From: Styela clava
Lineage: Eukaryota
NCBI RefSeq assembly: GCF_964204865.1
Contig: NC_135254.1
Location: forward strand, 15,562,001 to 15,626,000
Length of the DNA: 64,000 bases
Direction of reading: 5' to 3'
The translations under genes were made by a program, and so were the position numbers. Positions 39,190-51,603 of this stretch are shown piece after piece. The notes under the pieces were generated by a model. It was not told where the DNA came from. It saw nothing but the letters and a program-made list of their open reading frames with translations, and ran no database searches. How positions within the stretch are numbered: the stretch's first letter is position 1; the number at the start of each line of letters is the position of its first letter.

Positions 39190-40629
39190 GTTTTATTTTC
39201 AAGCGTAATACAGGTTAAAAATACTGCTGTAATAAATAATTCAAATTCGATTAATTTGCTAAACTAAGCAATAAATCATAGGGGGTACACAGCCGTGAAT
39301 TAAAATTTCTTCATCTTCTACAGTTTTCAAGATTAATTAATATCTGGAGTAAAAAATGTTTAAAACTAACAAAACCAAATCAGCGTTCAGGAATTAAGCA
39401 CACCGCGGCAAAATCCTGCTTATACTATACATTTCACTGATCATAACGAAATGGGAGTGCTTATGAAGGACATTTTTTTAACATAGCACTGTGTGAACTC
39501 GCTGTGGTTGAATGATTATCGGAATTCCTATAATAAATCTACCTTCAAGTCAAACAAAAAACAATTACCACAGACTAGCGCAAACAATGAGAGAGGTTGA
39601 TAGCATAAAAGTCGAAATAATACTGTTAACATTTTATGCATAAGTCATCAGGCTAAACCAGTAGTTCCCAGTTATCTTGTCCGCGAGACATGTGTTATTG
39701 TTTTTATTTATTTTATTATTTTGCTGCCAGCGTGACCACTTGGTTACAGAGAATACGAAGTCACATTGCTTAATTAATCGATTTGTCTTCCGTCGTTAAA
39801 TTGGGTGTTGAAAGAAGAAATGCAATTGATTTCGCAGTGGTGTCTTTGCCCAGTAATCACACTTCAGGATCCGATTGTTGAGAAAGGTTTTTAACAATTC
39901 TCACAAGTCTTCAAAATCTGAAAATCTATTTATATGTGTTCAAGTCCGCGTCGCCTCCGTATATAAGTGAATAATGCTGCATTCTATTATTGCAGTATTA
40001 TTGTAATTAGATACCAAAACAACACGACAGCAAATCCAAGCAAAAAAAATGGGATTTTGAGACCTCATACATGTTTTTCCCATACTACTTTCATTCTTTG
40101 TTTTACTTTCGAATTTCGTAGTGAAGAAATCTGTAACGATAATACCGTTAGACTACAAATCAAGAAAAATGAAACGCGTTGTCGAACGCGTCCAAATATA
40201 TTCAAATTTTGGGCAAATATTCACCGTCTATGTGAATGCAAATGCTTATATTTGAGTTCAATAACCCGATATTCTTGCTCTCTTTTTCAAATCTGCAACG
40301 AAACATTAGGTTATAATATTACTCAAACACAGGTGTATTATCTGTTTCATTGATTTCTTATTTTGTTACTAGTCCTCGTCGTCATTTTATTTGATGTTAC
40401 CAGTTCACCAGGGTAGAGAGCTGGGAAACCCCAAGGCTAACAGTTGCATACAACAACGTCACACAACGCACGAAAAACTTGCAGACGATATATATACAAT
40501 TACAATATACATTTCTCATGAAGAATTGAATATAATCCTCTGATTTTTGAAATTATTGTACTTTTCTTATTGCCGGTCGCGATTTTACAAAATTTGGGGT
40601 CGCGCAAAAAAAGACTTTGTGAACCACTG

Positions 40630-41075
40630 ATCTATAGCATACCTTCAATGGCACATTTAACGAACTCTCTTACACGTACAGTGAGTATAATTGTTCAGGC
40701 CTTGGTTGTCTTTTTCAATCGCAAATGGATTTGTCATGTTCAATTTCGCCGCGGCTGAAGTTACACAAGGGCGCTGTGTGGTGATGGGGCGTAAAATTTC
40801 TTTTCAATAAATTCTGTTGTTGGCTTTTAGCATCTCATCTTTTTTAATGCAAGTCATGGTCCTTGAACTGTTCTTCCATCCATTGCAGCAACACCAAAGA
40901 AACATCGGCGATGCAGCTGCAAGTTTGACGTCTATTCGAAAAAGGACTTGCTATGCAACTTTAGTATGCTGCGTCAGCAATACTGGGACTTCCGTTATAT
41001 TAGCTATGGTCGGCATTATTGTATGGGAATATACAAGTATGGAAACTGCCTATGCCAAACATGACATAAATATAC
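40630..41075 (+). pseudogene. Fragment of a multi-pass membrane (7TM/GPCR-like) gene with a frameshift and a stop
   Basis: IYSIPSMAHLTNSLTRTVSIIVQALVVF/fs/SIANGFVMF...GRCVV...Q*ILLLAFSISSFLMQVMVLELFFHPLQQHQ...IRKRTCYATLVCCVS...VILAMVGIIVW gives three hydrophobic segments; begins directly after a hAT end (gtgaaccactg, 40629). Confidence 0.5.
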
Positions 41076-41157
41076 ACATACCTAAATCGGATTCTATCCA
41101 CCAGAAAAATCTCTTTTTCGCTTCCAGTCTGAAGTTCAATATCGCAAACTTCCTCTT

Positions 41158-41330
41158 AACCCTGCTGAAACGCTTAAAAACAGTGAAAAACCGTCAAAAA
41201 ACACCAATAACCCTGCTGAAACGCTTAAAAACAGTGAAAAACCGTCAAAAAACACCAATAACCCTGCTAAAACGCTTAAAAACAGTGAAAAACCGTCAAA
41301 AAACACCAATAACCCCGCTAAAACGCTTAA
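41158..41330. repeat. 51-bp minisatellite, ~3.4 copies
   Basis: aaccctgctgaaacgcttaaaaacagtgaaaaaccgtcaaaaaacaccaat at 41158, 41209, 41260 and partially at 41311. Confidence 0.95.
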
Positions 41331-41427
41331 AGGCGTTTCGAATTCCAACTACATTAAAATTGTTCTTGTCTTAAAACTCTGTTTTGAAATTTTGACTGGG
41401 GTTGCTAACTAGGCCGCGCGCCTAGGT

Positions 41428-41660
41428 TTTGACACGTAGTGTACATAATGAACGTGTTGTTATTATGTTGTTGCTGTTATTATTAGTCTTTTTCGTCTTC
41501 TTGTAAAAAAAGTTTTTCTCATTAACTACCGGACCAATTGCTCTGAAATGTTCAGTAGTTAAAGATTGTAGTTTTCGCTGAAAGAGTATTACTTTAATTC
41601 ATATCAAAATTTTTTGAAGAATCTATGGTTTTTTGTGTGCGATGACGACATCAAAATTAT
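41428..41660 (+). mobile_element. HINE family A, diverged copy lacking its 3' end
   Basis: tttgacacgtagtgtacataa... and accggaccaattgc...cagtagttaaagat core; a 3'-end-only fragment lies at ~44334-44372. Confidence 0.65.
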
Positions 41661-42347
41661 TTATTTTAACTCTGAAAAAATGGCACGGTGTAGTAATAAT
41701 ACCGCGCGTCAACAAGTCGAGATAACGGTCAGCATTTCCTCTATATTTTTGAAACGTATTACTCGTATTGTCAATAGAATTTAAAGTGAACATTATATAC
41801 GGTATGAGCTCTTCATTTGTGAGTCATATTTGTTCATCTTTGCACTGTTTATTCTGGTTTCGTGTTGCTTTTATGTACTGTTAAATTTTAGTTTTTGGAT
41901 TTTACATTCAATTCGGAATAAGTCCCGAGAAGTTTCGTTTATTAAAGTCTTTTTCGATTATCACCAACTATTATTGCTTATGTGTCTATATATATGACAT
42001 TGTGTCTGAGCTATTTCCGGAGTTCTGGTGAGGCTGCGTAGTAGACTGGTTCAATGTCTTTCAATGAAAGTTCAATTCAATGAAAAGACCAAAAATTAGA
42101 ACTATTTGAACGATCACGGATACTTTTATAGATTTTTTTGTCATGTAAAGCAGATTTTTCCAAGTAAATAAATCTAGAAAAAGAAGGTTGGGGTTATACT
42201 TCTATAAAATCAAAAAATTGTTAAAAATAAATATTGTTCATGGCTTTGATTAGGCAAATTAGAACTTCCAAATATAGAAAGTAAAATGTTTTAAGTTTTT
42301 TTTTAACCGCATAAATTATGTTAGCTGATTAAGCGACACTGTTAATT

Positions 42348-45300
42348 ATGGCTGATAGAATTTATGCAAATGATTTGAGGACACAAGTATTCAATGTACG
42401 GGAACAAAGTAAGTATGAAATAGTAAATTTCAGAAATTAATCTCTGCAAGATTTAATGATTTGTTCGTTTGAATGTGATGATTGGCAAAAAAACTCTCTA
42501 CTTTTCCTGACAATTATAAAAGTAATATTTTTCCACACGTGCAATGTAAAAACTTTCACTAACTTTATAACTTCAAGTTTTCACTCTGAACATGCCTGAG
42601 TGTGCAAAGTGCGGGCCAAAAGCGGCCCACAAGGAAAAATTGCGCGGAGAAGTGCCAATCTGGAATGGTGTGCCAGCAAAACGAGTTTTTAGTTTGTTTA
42701 ACATGGTACGTGCGAGCAATTCCAATCCTTTTGCGCCGCAAAGCCCATACCAGAACCTGGGTGCTACTGTCATATTAGCAAAACTCCTTTTGCAAAATAC
42801 ATGATTTTATAAAAACGTGCCTCTTACTGAATTCGTTTAAAGTAGTTGTGACAGTAAATTTAAATAAAAGTTTATTTTTATAGAAATTTATGCGTTTTAA
42901 CTCACAATTTCCGCAAGGGCTCCTAATAATGCCGTAAGATCAATACCAAAAAAAAAAAAAAAAAAAAAATTGTGCCTGCAACTACTAGAAAGGCTATCTT
43001 AAATTAAGATGCGGCCCGCAGCTCCACCCAGTTTCTTGTATTTGGCCCTCCTGTAATGAAGGTTGCCCACACCTGCGATGGGAAAATCTCTACAATGCAA
43101 TCTCATAACTGTAAAAAATAGAACAACTTGTATTCTTTGTTCAAGGTTCGGCAGCAAATCCCATCAGTTCGGGACAGAATATGTATTCGGAAGCGAATGC
43201 AGGTATGTATCCTATCTATTCAAACATAATTTAAGGCGGGTATTATAGCATATGTGTTATTGGAAACGAAGTGGAATTAGGGATCGTTTTTGTTGTTGTT
43301 ATTATTGGTATTATTGTTGTCGTGATTATGGAGTGTTGTTGGTAAAAATCGTCTTTTTCGTTACCAGTAGACAGTTTATATATCAGTTTATATATGAAGA
43401 AAGAGCAAAAGATCTTTGAAAACGACGCACGAGTATGTGACTAATTGCAAATACCGTAAAATCGCTCATAAAAAATATATATTGAATTTTGACTCTGAGA
43501 AGTCCAGAATACATGAGTAATGAGAAAAACTTATTGTTATCACAGCCACGGATTATACCACAATATATAGATTGTGATATTGATTTGCCTGGAAATTTTC
43601 AATATTTTTGTTGGCATGTAATAATAAAATAAATCATTTTATGCTACGAAGCATCAATTCATCAGCTGCACTTTACATACCACCATGAATGAAACAGCTA
43701 GGTCTATATTTAAATACCAAAATATAAAATTGTGCAATACTTGGATAAAAGTCAAATTTTTCCAATAACAATCATAACGATAAGTTAAACGCCAACAACA
43801 ACAAGAATTTACCACTCCGGTCCACATGTACATTTCGTGTCCAATTATGCACATATCCTCATTGACTGATATTGGTAAATTTATGGTCTTGAGTTCCTTC
43901 TCATTCTTAACATACTGCCAGAGTACGGTATTAAAAGTGAAATGTGCACCGTACTTTGACTTTCTTAACTTCCTAAAACAAGACTTGTATTTTTATCCAG
44001 GTAGTAGGCAAATTGCAAGTAATGAAGGATTCTATCTGGATCTCGCTCAGACAAGCGCAGGTGATGCAGCTGCAGAAAGTCACAGACAAGAACTTACAAA
44101 AACCAAGAACGCTGTGACCAATGTGGAGGCGCAAACCTCCAAGCTATCTAGTAGGTTAAGTTCGATATTTAATGCTTCATTCATTGCACAAATTTTTTGC
44201 AAATTTTTAGTACTTGGCAATTGAAGAAGTCTTTATGAGACTATTATTTTTTGTTTAAGAGCATGCATAGCCCGATATTTCACCCAAACTTAGCTGTTTA
44301 TTTTACATTCACGGTAACACTGTTTTAACATATAACTCTCGTGTACATATATTTGAGCATTATTCTCATGTTGTTTTATATTTTTGTAGAAGTTGTAGTT
44401 CGTCAGCAAAAATTCCTCATCTTGATCACAATAACGTTTGCAGTGCTACTTGGAATTGGATTGGCCACAGTATACATGCTGAGTAAGTATCATTTAAAGC
44501 TGCCGACTAAGGTTTGACTTGGCGTTTAAAACCCATTTCAATGTGCTGTCATTTAGAGAGATCCGGGGAGGGACGCATTTGGGTCTTGATTGAACGTTGG
44601 AAAAGCTTGGACCAGTAACAATAGCTAGTTTAGCTATGCGGTTTACATTCAATATTGGAAAATAACGAAGATTTTAAAAAGGGACAATCATTCACAATTT
44701 TTCATCTTTCACAATTTCTCAGTCATTAAATTCTTTCTAATGTTTGAAACAGAGATTATCAAACCACATTATATGCCATTCAAACCGTTTAAAAATATAA
44801 CCAACTAGTCTACTTTAACCTAACAAAATATGTTTTTAGCCAAAAATCAAGAAACACAACTAATCGGAAATGTTGGAGTCGGCAACAAAACTCCAGCGAA
44901 TCTTGTTCACTATATTGACGAGCAGAGAAAAGATATCACCGAGTTGGAGTTAAGTTTCGGTGAAGTACAAGAGAACTTATCCGACATAAAATTGGAGGTA
45001 CTTGGCATAATTGAAGGTGATTCGAGGGAAGTCAACAAAACAGTTCTGGAACAACTTCAAATAGCGACAAACCAGTTGAAGTCTGCACAAGAATATTTGA
45101 TTAAAGATACTGTAATTGAGGCGGGAGGTAATATTTCCAATGGCCCGTTCTATCTTGGGCCATAGTATACCGAGAATAAGCATCATTTGTATATGCAAGT
45201 TCGTACAACCTGAATATTAAAAAATAATTTAATAACTAGTTTTCGTTATTTCATACTTTTCAATCCGGGCTGAGTAGCACAACATGATATGAAATTTCCG

Positions 45301-46093
45301 TCGTTTGAAAGTGTTTTGTAATATGTTCATGTTGTGACAAAATACCAATCACATGATTTCTTCACACAGAGAATTATACCACCGTCGATGGCAAGTTATT
45401 TTGGACCGGTACTGCACCTGGATTGAATTATACTGTGGCCTACAATGTGTGTGCGAAGTACTGGTCAACAATGGCACAAATAAAAAATAGACAGGAATAT
45501 GATGTTGTGATGTCGATGTTGCGCCCAAAAAGTGGATTTATTACGGTATGGATTGGCTTGGGAATAAATCCAATAGTAAGTCCCAATAAATTATACGTCA
45601 TTGCAAAATTATCAATTTTGAGAAGGTAGCATTGATCATTCACAAAACTTCTGACTGATTTTTTCTATTGATGTTCACAAAGCTTATGTCGTCTTTTACT
45701 TAAATTAAATTTCCTTACTATCAATTCCGCCAATTTGACGGTATTGACTTTTGCATTATTTTATCTGCTCCTAGAAATTTGATTATTGAACCACCACTGC
45801 TCTGCTATACCGGTGTATGTTGGATCTCGGCCTAGAATTATTATTTGGGAAACGCGGTTATGTGAAAATAAACCTTAACTGGGAAATGGAATATTTCTAA
45901 TATTATTTTTCAGACAAAACAAATCTGTCCAACTGACGGTTTCACGAAATGGATTAGCGGAGAACCAGGAATCGGCAGTAGCTACAAAACTTATACAAAC
46001 ATCTCACTTGTAGTTCGTTCAGATCCGATGTATAGTGGAATGATGAACGCTGAACCAAATTGGGCGAGAACCAAAGTATTGTGTCAACTGTGA
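42348..46093 (+). CDS. Type II transmembrane C-type lectin-like receptor, 7 exons, ~344 aa
   Basis: Exons 42348-42408, 43146-43202, 44001-44150, 44390-44482 (TM FLILITITFAVLLGIGLATVYML), 44840-45127 (helical neck), 45370-45575, 45914-46093 join in frame (1035 nt, all GT-AG). CTLD: NYTVAYNVC...MAQI...VWIGL...KWISGEP...VLCQ. Confidence 0.82.
42595..43075. mobile_element. Degenerate hAT MITE in lectin intron 1
   Basis: gcgggcc/gcggccc subterminal motifs; right end aaggttgcccacacctg. Confidence 0.6.
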
Positions 46094-46509
46094 AACAAAA
46101 GTGTTATGCTACATTTAAAAGAACAATGGGTTCGCCCTTGTAGCTTAATAATTAAAACTCACATGCGAGAAGGAGGTAGAATAACATTAATTTTTTGCGT
46201 CATTATTCATTAACGGCTTAGAGAGTATATTTTGTGACATTATTCTATTCCACAATCTGTATGTTGTGCTAACTAGATATTGCGTTCCACAAGAAAAATT
46301 TACAATTTATCATACATGAAATGAAACCTCGAAGTTTGCGTTCATGCGCAAACCGCCGATGTTTATTTTGTCACAATTGCCCGGTAAACTATAGTAGCTG
46401 ATGATGAATACATGATGATGGAACAATTGTATGAATCCCCGGCTGAATCCCCCCACTGGTGATATCTAAATTACATGTTTTTGTTAAAATGGAAAACTTA
46501 CGTCTAGAA

Positions 46510-46824
46510 CAGAGGTGGGCACGGTTTTTGGATCAGGGGCCAAATTTTTTGCCCAGCTAAACTGGCGGGCCATGTGGGTATGACGTGAAGAGTTACATTT
46601 TATGAACAATATCTATACTCTATCGTGTTTCAAAAGCAACTGTGGAAAACAATTAACCTCGCGCCAAAACTAAATTTAACAGCAATCTCAACAAATTCAT
46701 TGAGCTATTTTTAACTAAAACATCAAAATTTGGTTTCAGTTTGTTTGTGGCAGCATCAAGCGGGCCAGATTGAATTACCTAGCGGGTCTGATTTAGCCCG
46801 CGGGCCGTACTTTGCCCATGTCTG
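46510..46824. mobile_element. hAT MITE
   Basis: TIR cagaggtgggca / tgcccatgtctg; TSD gtctagaa at 46502-46509 and 46825-46832. Confidence 0.9.
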
Positions 46825-47479
46825 GTCTAGAAGATGTGAAAAAGCGATTACGTAGTTTATCTCGACGGCAGAGATACCTGTAAATAGCGGTCGACAAGGG
46901 CTTTCAAGACAGCGCTATCGGCGAATAAACGAGAGAATGTGTATTTCAAACGGCGGGGTCTGACAAAAAGGTAGGGTACTGTACTTTTATAATGAGATAG
47001 CAGACCATGGCGTTTACCAATTTCGGGTATTTGAAATGAGTTTTGGTTTGAGTACACTGTGTCTGGGTTTGTCATATATATCTCTATACGAAATTAGCTC
47101 ATAAACACAACCTTTGCCAACATATCTTTCAAATATACAATCCAAATTTCACAATGATTTACGTACTTTGTTTGCCATAGCCAATCAACGAATACGACAA
47201 GCGTTTATAGCCTTCGTGTAGTTAATAATTATTTTCCATAACTGAATCTTGTCGAAGTACAATAGGTGATCAATATAGGCTTAAACCGTATCTAAAAGGC
47301 GGGGTGAGAGTTGAACAAGAGTGCAAAATGTATAGTCTCTGCAAACGGTTTATGGGGTCTTACATGAGGTAAGATGAGAACCAGCCACTCAAGAAGGCTG
47401 AGAAGAAAGGCATCGTGCTCGGCTATATAATTGAGGACGCTATTCTAGCTAGTTCTTAGTTATAGTAGCTGCGATATCG

Positions 47480-47686
47480 GGTACTCCCGAAGTATGTGAA
47501 CCAAGATGGCGGACACCGGAACCGGAATTCAAGTACAAATACTACGGGAGTCCCTTGGGTAGTCCCCGACCTCGTAATAGAACTAAAATATGGAAAATTG
47601 GAATAAGATTATAGCCCAACCCTAACATGGTACACAAACTACGTTACGTTGTCCGCCCAATTGGTTCACATACATCGGGAGTACCT
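47480..47686. mobile_element. Palindromic MITE (33030 family) ~125 bp upstream of CYP gene C
   Basis: ggtactcccgaagtatgtgaaccaa ... ttggttcacatacatcgggagtacc. Confidence 0.85.
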
Positions 47687-47811
47687 GATGTCGTATCATT
47701 TTATGGAAAATTTCCAAAATAATTGTTTTTTAAAAACAGCCATAGAAATTGAAATATATGTTGCTTTATTTATCACAGATTTATTCCTAAAAGCCACCGA
47801 TAGTATGTAAG

Positions 47812-50783
47812 ATGGGGGTGGCAGTATACTCTGTATATCTACTTGTAGCATACATTTCATTCCAAATATTTTTTGTTTTAAAAACGTTTGCAAAGAATTG
47901 GATCACTTTCAAAGATGTGCCCGGCCCCCCGCATCGACCATTACCTCTCGTAGGACACTTACTCAGAGAACGCGTAGGAGTAGAGGAATTTTACACACGT
48001 ATCACTACCGGCTTGAATGAAATGGCGATTTCAAGTGAGCGTGAAGTGGCGTGCGTCTTTCTAGGCCCGATACCGGTTTTGTTCATTTGCGGTCCAAATG
48101 CAGCAGAAGTAATTCTCCGGAGCTCCAAACACAACGAAAAAGGCTTCATGTATCATTTTTTAACTGAATGGCTAGGAACGGGTTTGTTGACATCAAAAGG
48201 TGACAAATGGAAGGAAAGGAGGAGATTACTCACGCCGACATTCCATTTCAGGTTTGGAATATTCTGTACCATAGTATATATGTGTACATGTACTACGTCT
48301 ACTGATAACTAATAACTAATGAAACTTTTATTATTTTTTTCACAAGAATAGTCTTGGAACGGTCTTGATAAGCAATGAGATACAATTTGATTTATTATTG
48401 CTTCCTTCTTTAACAAGCAACCAACACTAATAATTTGTTTGTTTATCTGATTTTTGTTTATATATTTGATAATATAGATTTTGATCATTTTCAACCAAAT
48501 TCCCGCATTTTTCAGCATACTCCAAGATTTTCTTGAGGTCATGAACGAACAATCAAGCGTTTTTACAAGAAATTTGGAAAAATTTGCTGAAACTGGAGAA
48601 CGTTTGGATATTTTTAATCCAGTTACGTTGTGCGCACTTGATATCATATGCGAAACAGCAATGGGAAAGAAGATTAATGCCCAGGATAATTCAGAGTCGG
48701 ACTATGTCACTGCTTTGTACACGTAAGTATAGGCGTCGACAAATTGTGCATGGAAAAATATACCATTTCTTATTTTTTGTCATTTAATATGTGTACTACA
48801 AGTTTTATTGTGCCTTCATACATCGCTGTGGATTTTCTCCTCACGTTACTGAGAATCTATATGTTTGCTGCTATATATAAGATGAGGTCCCAAATTTTAT
48901 CATCCTTGACTTGAAAAAATAAACTATAACTGCTCTTTAGGATATCAGAGATGTTATTCAATCGAATACGGTCTCCATGGTTATGGCCGGATTTTACGTT
49001 CTCTCTCACAAGTAGTGGTAAACGGTATTACAAATGCTTGAATACTTTACATGGCTTCACAAAATCTGTCATAAAAGATCGAATGCAAAATTTTAATCTC
49101 GATGAAGATGCAACCTCTGATGTTAAAAAACGACCAGCGTTTCTCGACCTTCTGCTTAGAGTTTCGGAAAACGGAAAAGTACTTTCATTTGAAGATATTC
49201 AAGAAGAAGTGGATACATTTATGTTTGAAGGTTTCGCCTATTGCTATTAATTATATCCATAATCGATTATAAACGATTTGCAGCAGCAGTTATGCACATT
49301 GATTCTTTTATGAACAAAATACCAGTAATACATTATCATGCATGAGTATTTTATTCAAAGCATAGTCAAAAAGTCAAAAAAAATGTGAACAAAATCACTG
49401 AAACAAAAGTAACGAACAACCACTGTAAAAGATTTAAAAGTCCACAAACTCAAAGGAATTCAATTCGAAATGGCGCAAGTTTTCGGAAACAAAATCATGG
49501 CATAAATACCAAATTTATGAAAGGTAACTTCTACAACAAATGGCAGAGAAGTTGTGATCACGGCGTTTTAAGATTTATTGTGGACAGTTTGTACAGTATA
49601 GACGCCACTTGTAATATTGATAGAAATTAGCAATATTTCTTCGTTAGGAAAGATACCGGACTGTATGTATTCGATTGTTGTAAATACTATAATATGACAG
49701 TAAACAACATTTCTACTTGTCGATCCATCCCCTTCGCAGGCCACGACACAACTGCTGCAGCAATGTCATGGGCAATCTTTTTAATTGGATCTCACCCGGA
49801 AGTTCAAGTAAGAATTCAGGAAGAATTGGATGAAGTATTAGGACAAGATATGAACAGAAATATAACCATGGATGATCTTCGAAAGATGGATTATCTGGAA
49901 CTTGTTGTGAAGGAATGTTTGAGGGTTATACCATCTGTTCCACTCATCGGAAGAGTTACAAGCTGTGAATGCGTGTAAGAAATTCTACTTGCACCCTTTC
50001 TCTCCTTTTCTATCTGACGCTCACAAACTTTTTTTCTTACTCCTCTTTCAATTTTCATTCCAAGTCATCTGTCACCATTCAAGAATTATTTTTATATATT
50101 TATTGCGATCTTCTTCATGCGAATAACATACAATATGACATACGTAATCATTCTACTTTTTATGATAAAACAGAATCGATGGACACAAAATACCCGAAGG
50201 CTCGGAATGCTTGCTATTTCCTCAACTTGTGAACAACTTTCCAAAATTTTGGCCGGATGCTGAAAGGTAATGCTTCGATTGGCGTGTTGCTTCATATCAT
50301 TGTTACATGTCGTGTATTACTTAAATTTCATTCAGCCTTTTCCCAATTTTAATCAGTTTTGAGGAAGTAGTTTTTTTCATATTCAGAAATAAGAAATGTC
50401 GTTTGTATGTAATGTCTTAAGGTCGCCCAAGACAAATACGTTCATACCAAATCTATCGCTTCATATCTTTAAAAAAATTTCAACATAGCAAAACTAAATT
50501 GATGAACAATATTTAACTCTTCTCTAGTTTTAACCCGGAAAGATTCACTGTTGAAAATAGTGTTGGAAGACATCCATACGCATATCTTCCATTTTCTGCT
50601 GGTCCTCGAAATTGCATTGGTCAGAGATTTGCGATGATGGAGGAGAAAGTTATGTTGGCACATTTGTTCAGAAAATTTTCTGTCGAAGCGTGCGATAAAC
50701 GTGAAGATATAAAACTACTTGGAGATCTTATTCTACGACCTGGAGACGGTATCAACGTAAAACTGAAGAAAAGATTCGAATAA
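47812..50783 (+). CDS. Cytochrome P450, CYP4 clan, gene C, 6 exons, ~506 aa
   Basis: Exons 47812-48251, 48516-48722, 48941-49230, 49740-49974, 50174-50266, 50528-50783 (1521 nt). Motifs [35 protein letters not shown]. Confidence 0.93.
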
Positions 50784-51055
50784 TTTGCCAATTTTTGTTT
50801 TCCAATGTGCAATTTATAATCTATATCCAGATTCAATTTTGAATTCGAAGTAATACACTGTTTGTAATTTGTATTTTCTTACAATTAACAAAATTTGCAA
50901 AGATTATTTATTGATTATTGTTCAAATGAAATAAAGTTAAACACGCTTTTACAGTATTGGTTGTTGACACGATCCATAGAACACACCATATACACGCCTT
51001 GCTAAGTATGTCCTTAAGTTTATATGGATAATAACAGCTTGTAGTAAAAGTTAAA

Positions 51056-51342
51056 CAGTAGTTCTCAAATTTTTTAAGCCGCGCCCCCTTTTTAGAGTTT
51101 GTCAAGTCTCGTGAACCCCTCGAAAATAACTAACTCCCAATAAGCTACAAATACCAGGAAGTGAGACGAACGTATGTTTTATTCAAAAACACGTTGAAAT
51201 TACGTGGATGGAACGTAAATATTCAAAATGGGGCGGGCAAGATCAATCTAACAAATATTTTTAATCAGCTTCATGACCCCTTGAAAATTATCTACCCCCC
51301 CCCCCCCCGTGTCGGGCGCACCCAATCGTTTGTGAACCACTG
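51056..51342. mobile_element. hAT MITE
   Basis: cagtagttctcaaa / tttgtgaaccactg; imperfect TSD around agttaa. Confidence 0.7.
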
Positions 51343-51450
51343 AGTTAATGGTTGGAGGGACCGCTTATTATAAAAATGATGTTTGCAAAAATTGAGTTTT
51401 GTGAATCTGACCTTTTTCGATAATAGACTTTGGCGCGATGAATTTAAAAT

Positions 51451-51603
51451 AAAACTAAAAAGAAAGCTATAATTCATGATTAATTTCAATCGTCCATTCT
51501 TCTAAATGTTGATTTATTTTTAAAAACTAAAAAAACTAAAAAAAAAGCTATAATTCATGATTAATTTTCAATCGTTCATTCTTCTAAATGTTGATTTATT
51601 TTT
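51451..51603. repeat. Local tandem duplication of a ~70-80-bp AT-rich block
   Basis: aaagctataattcatgattaattt...cattcttctaaatgttgatttattttt occurs twice. Confidence 0.85.

Noticed and set aside
39659-40629. Single complete hAT element
   Set aside because: Both ends look hAT-like but the flanks (ggctaaac vs atctatag) do not form a TSD
40817-41374. 185-aa ORF with 17-aa basic repeats as an intact gene
   Set aside because: TTG start; chimera of the pseudogene fragment and a 51-bp minisatellite that happens to be a multiple of 3
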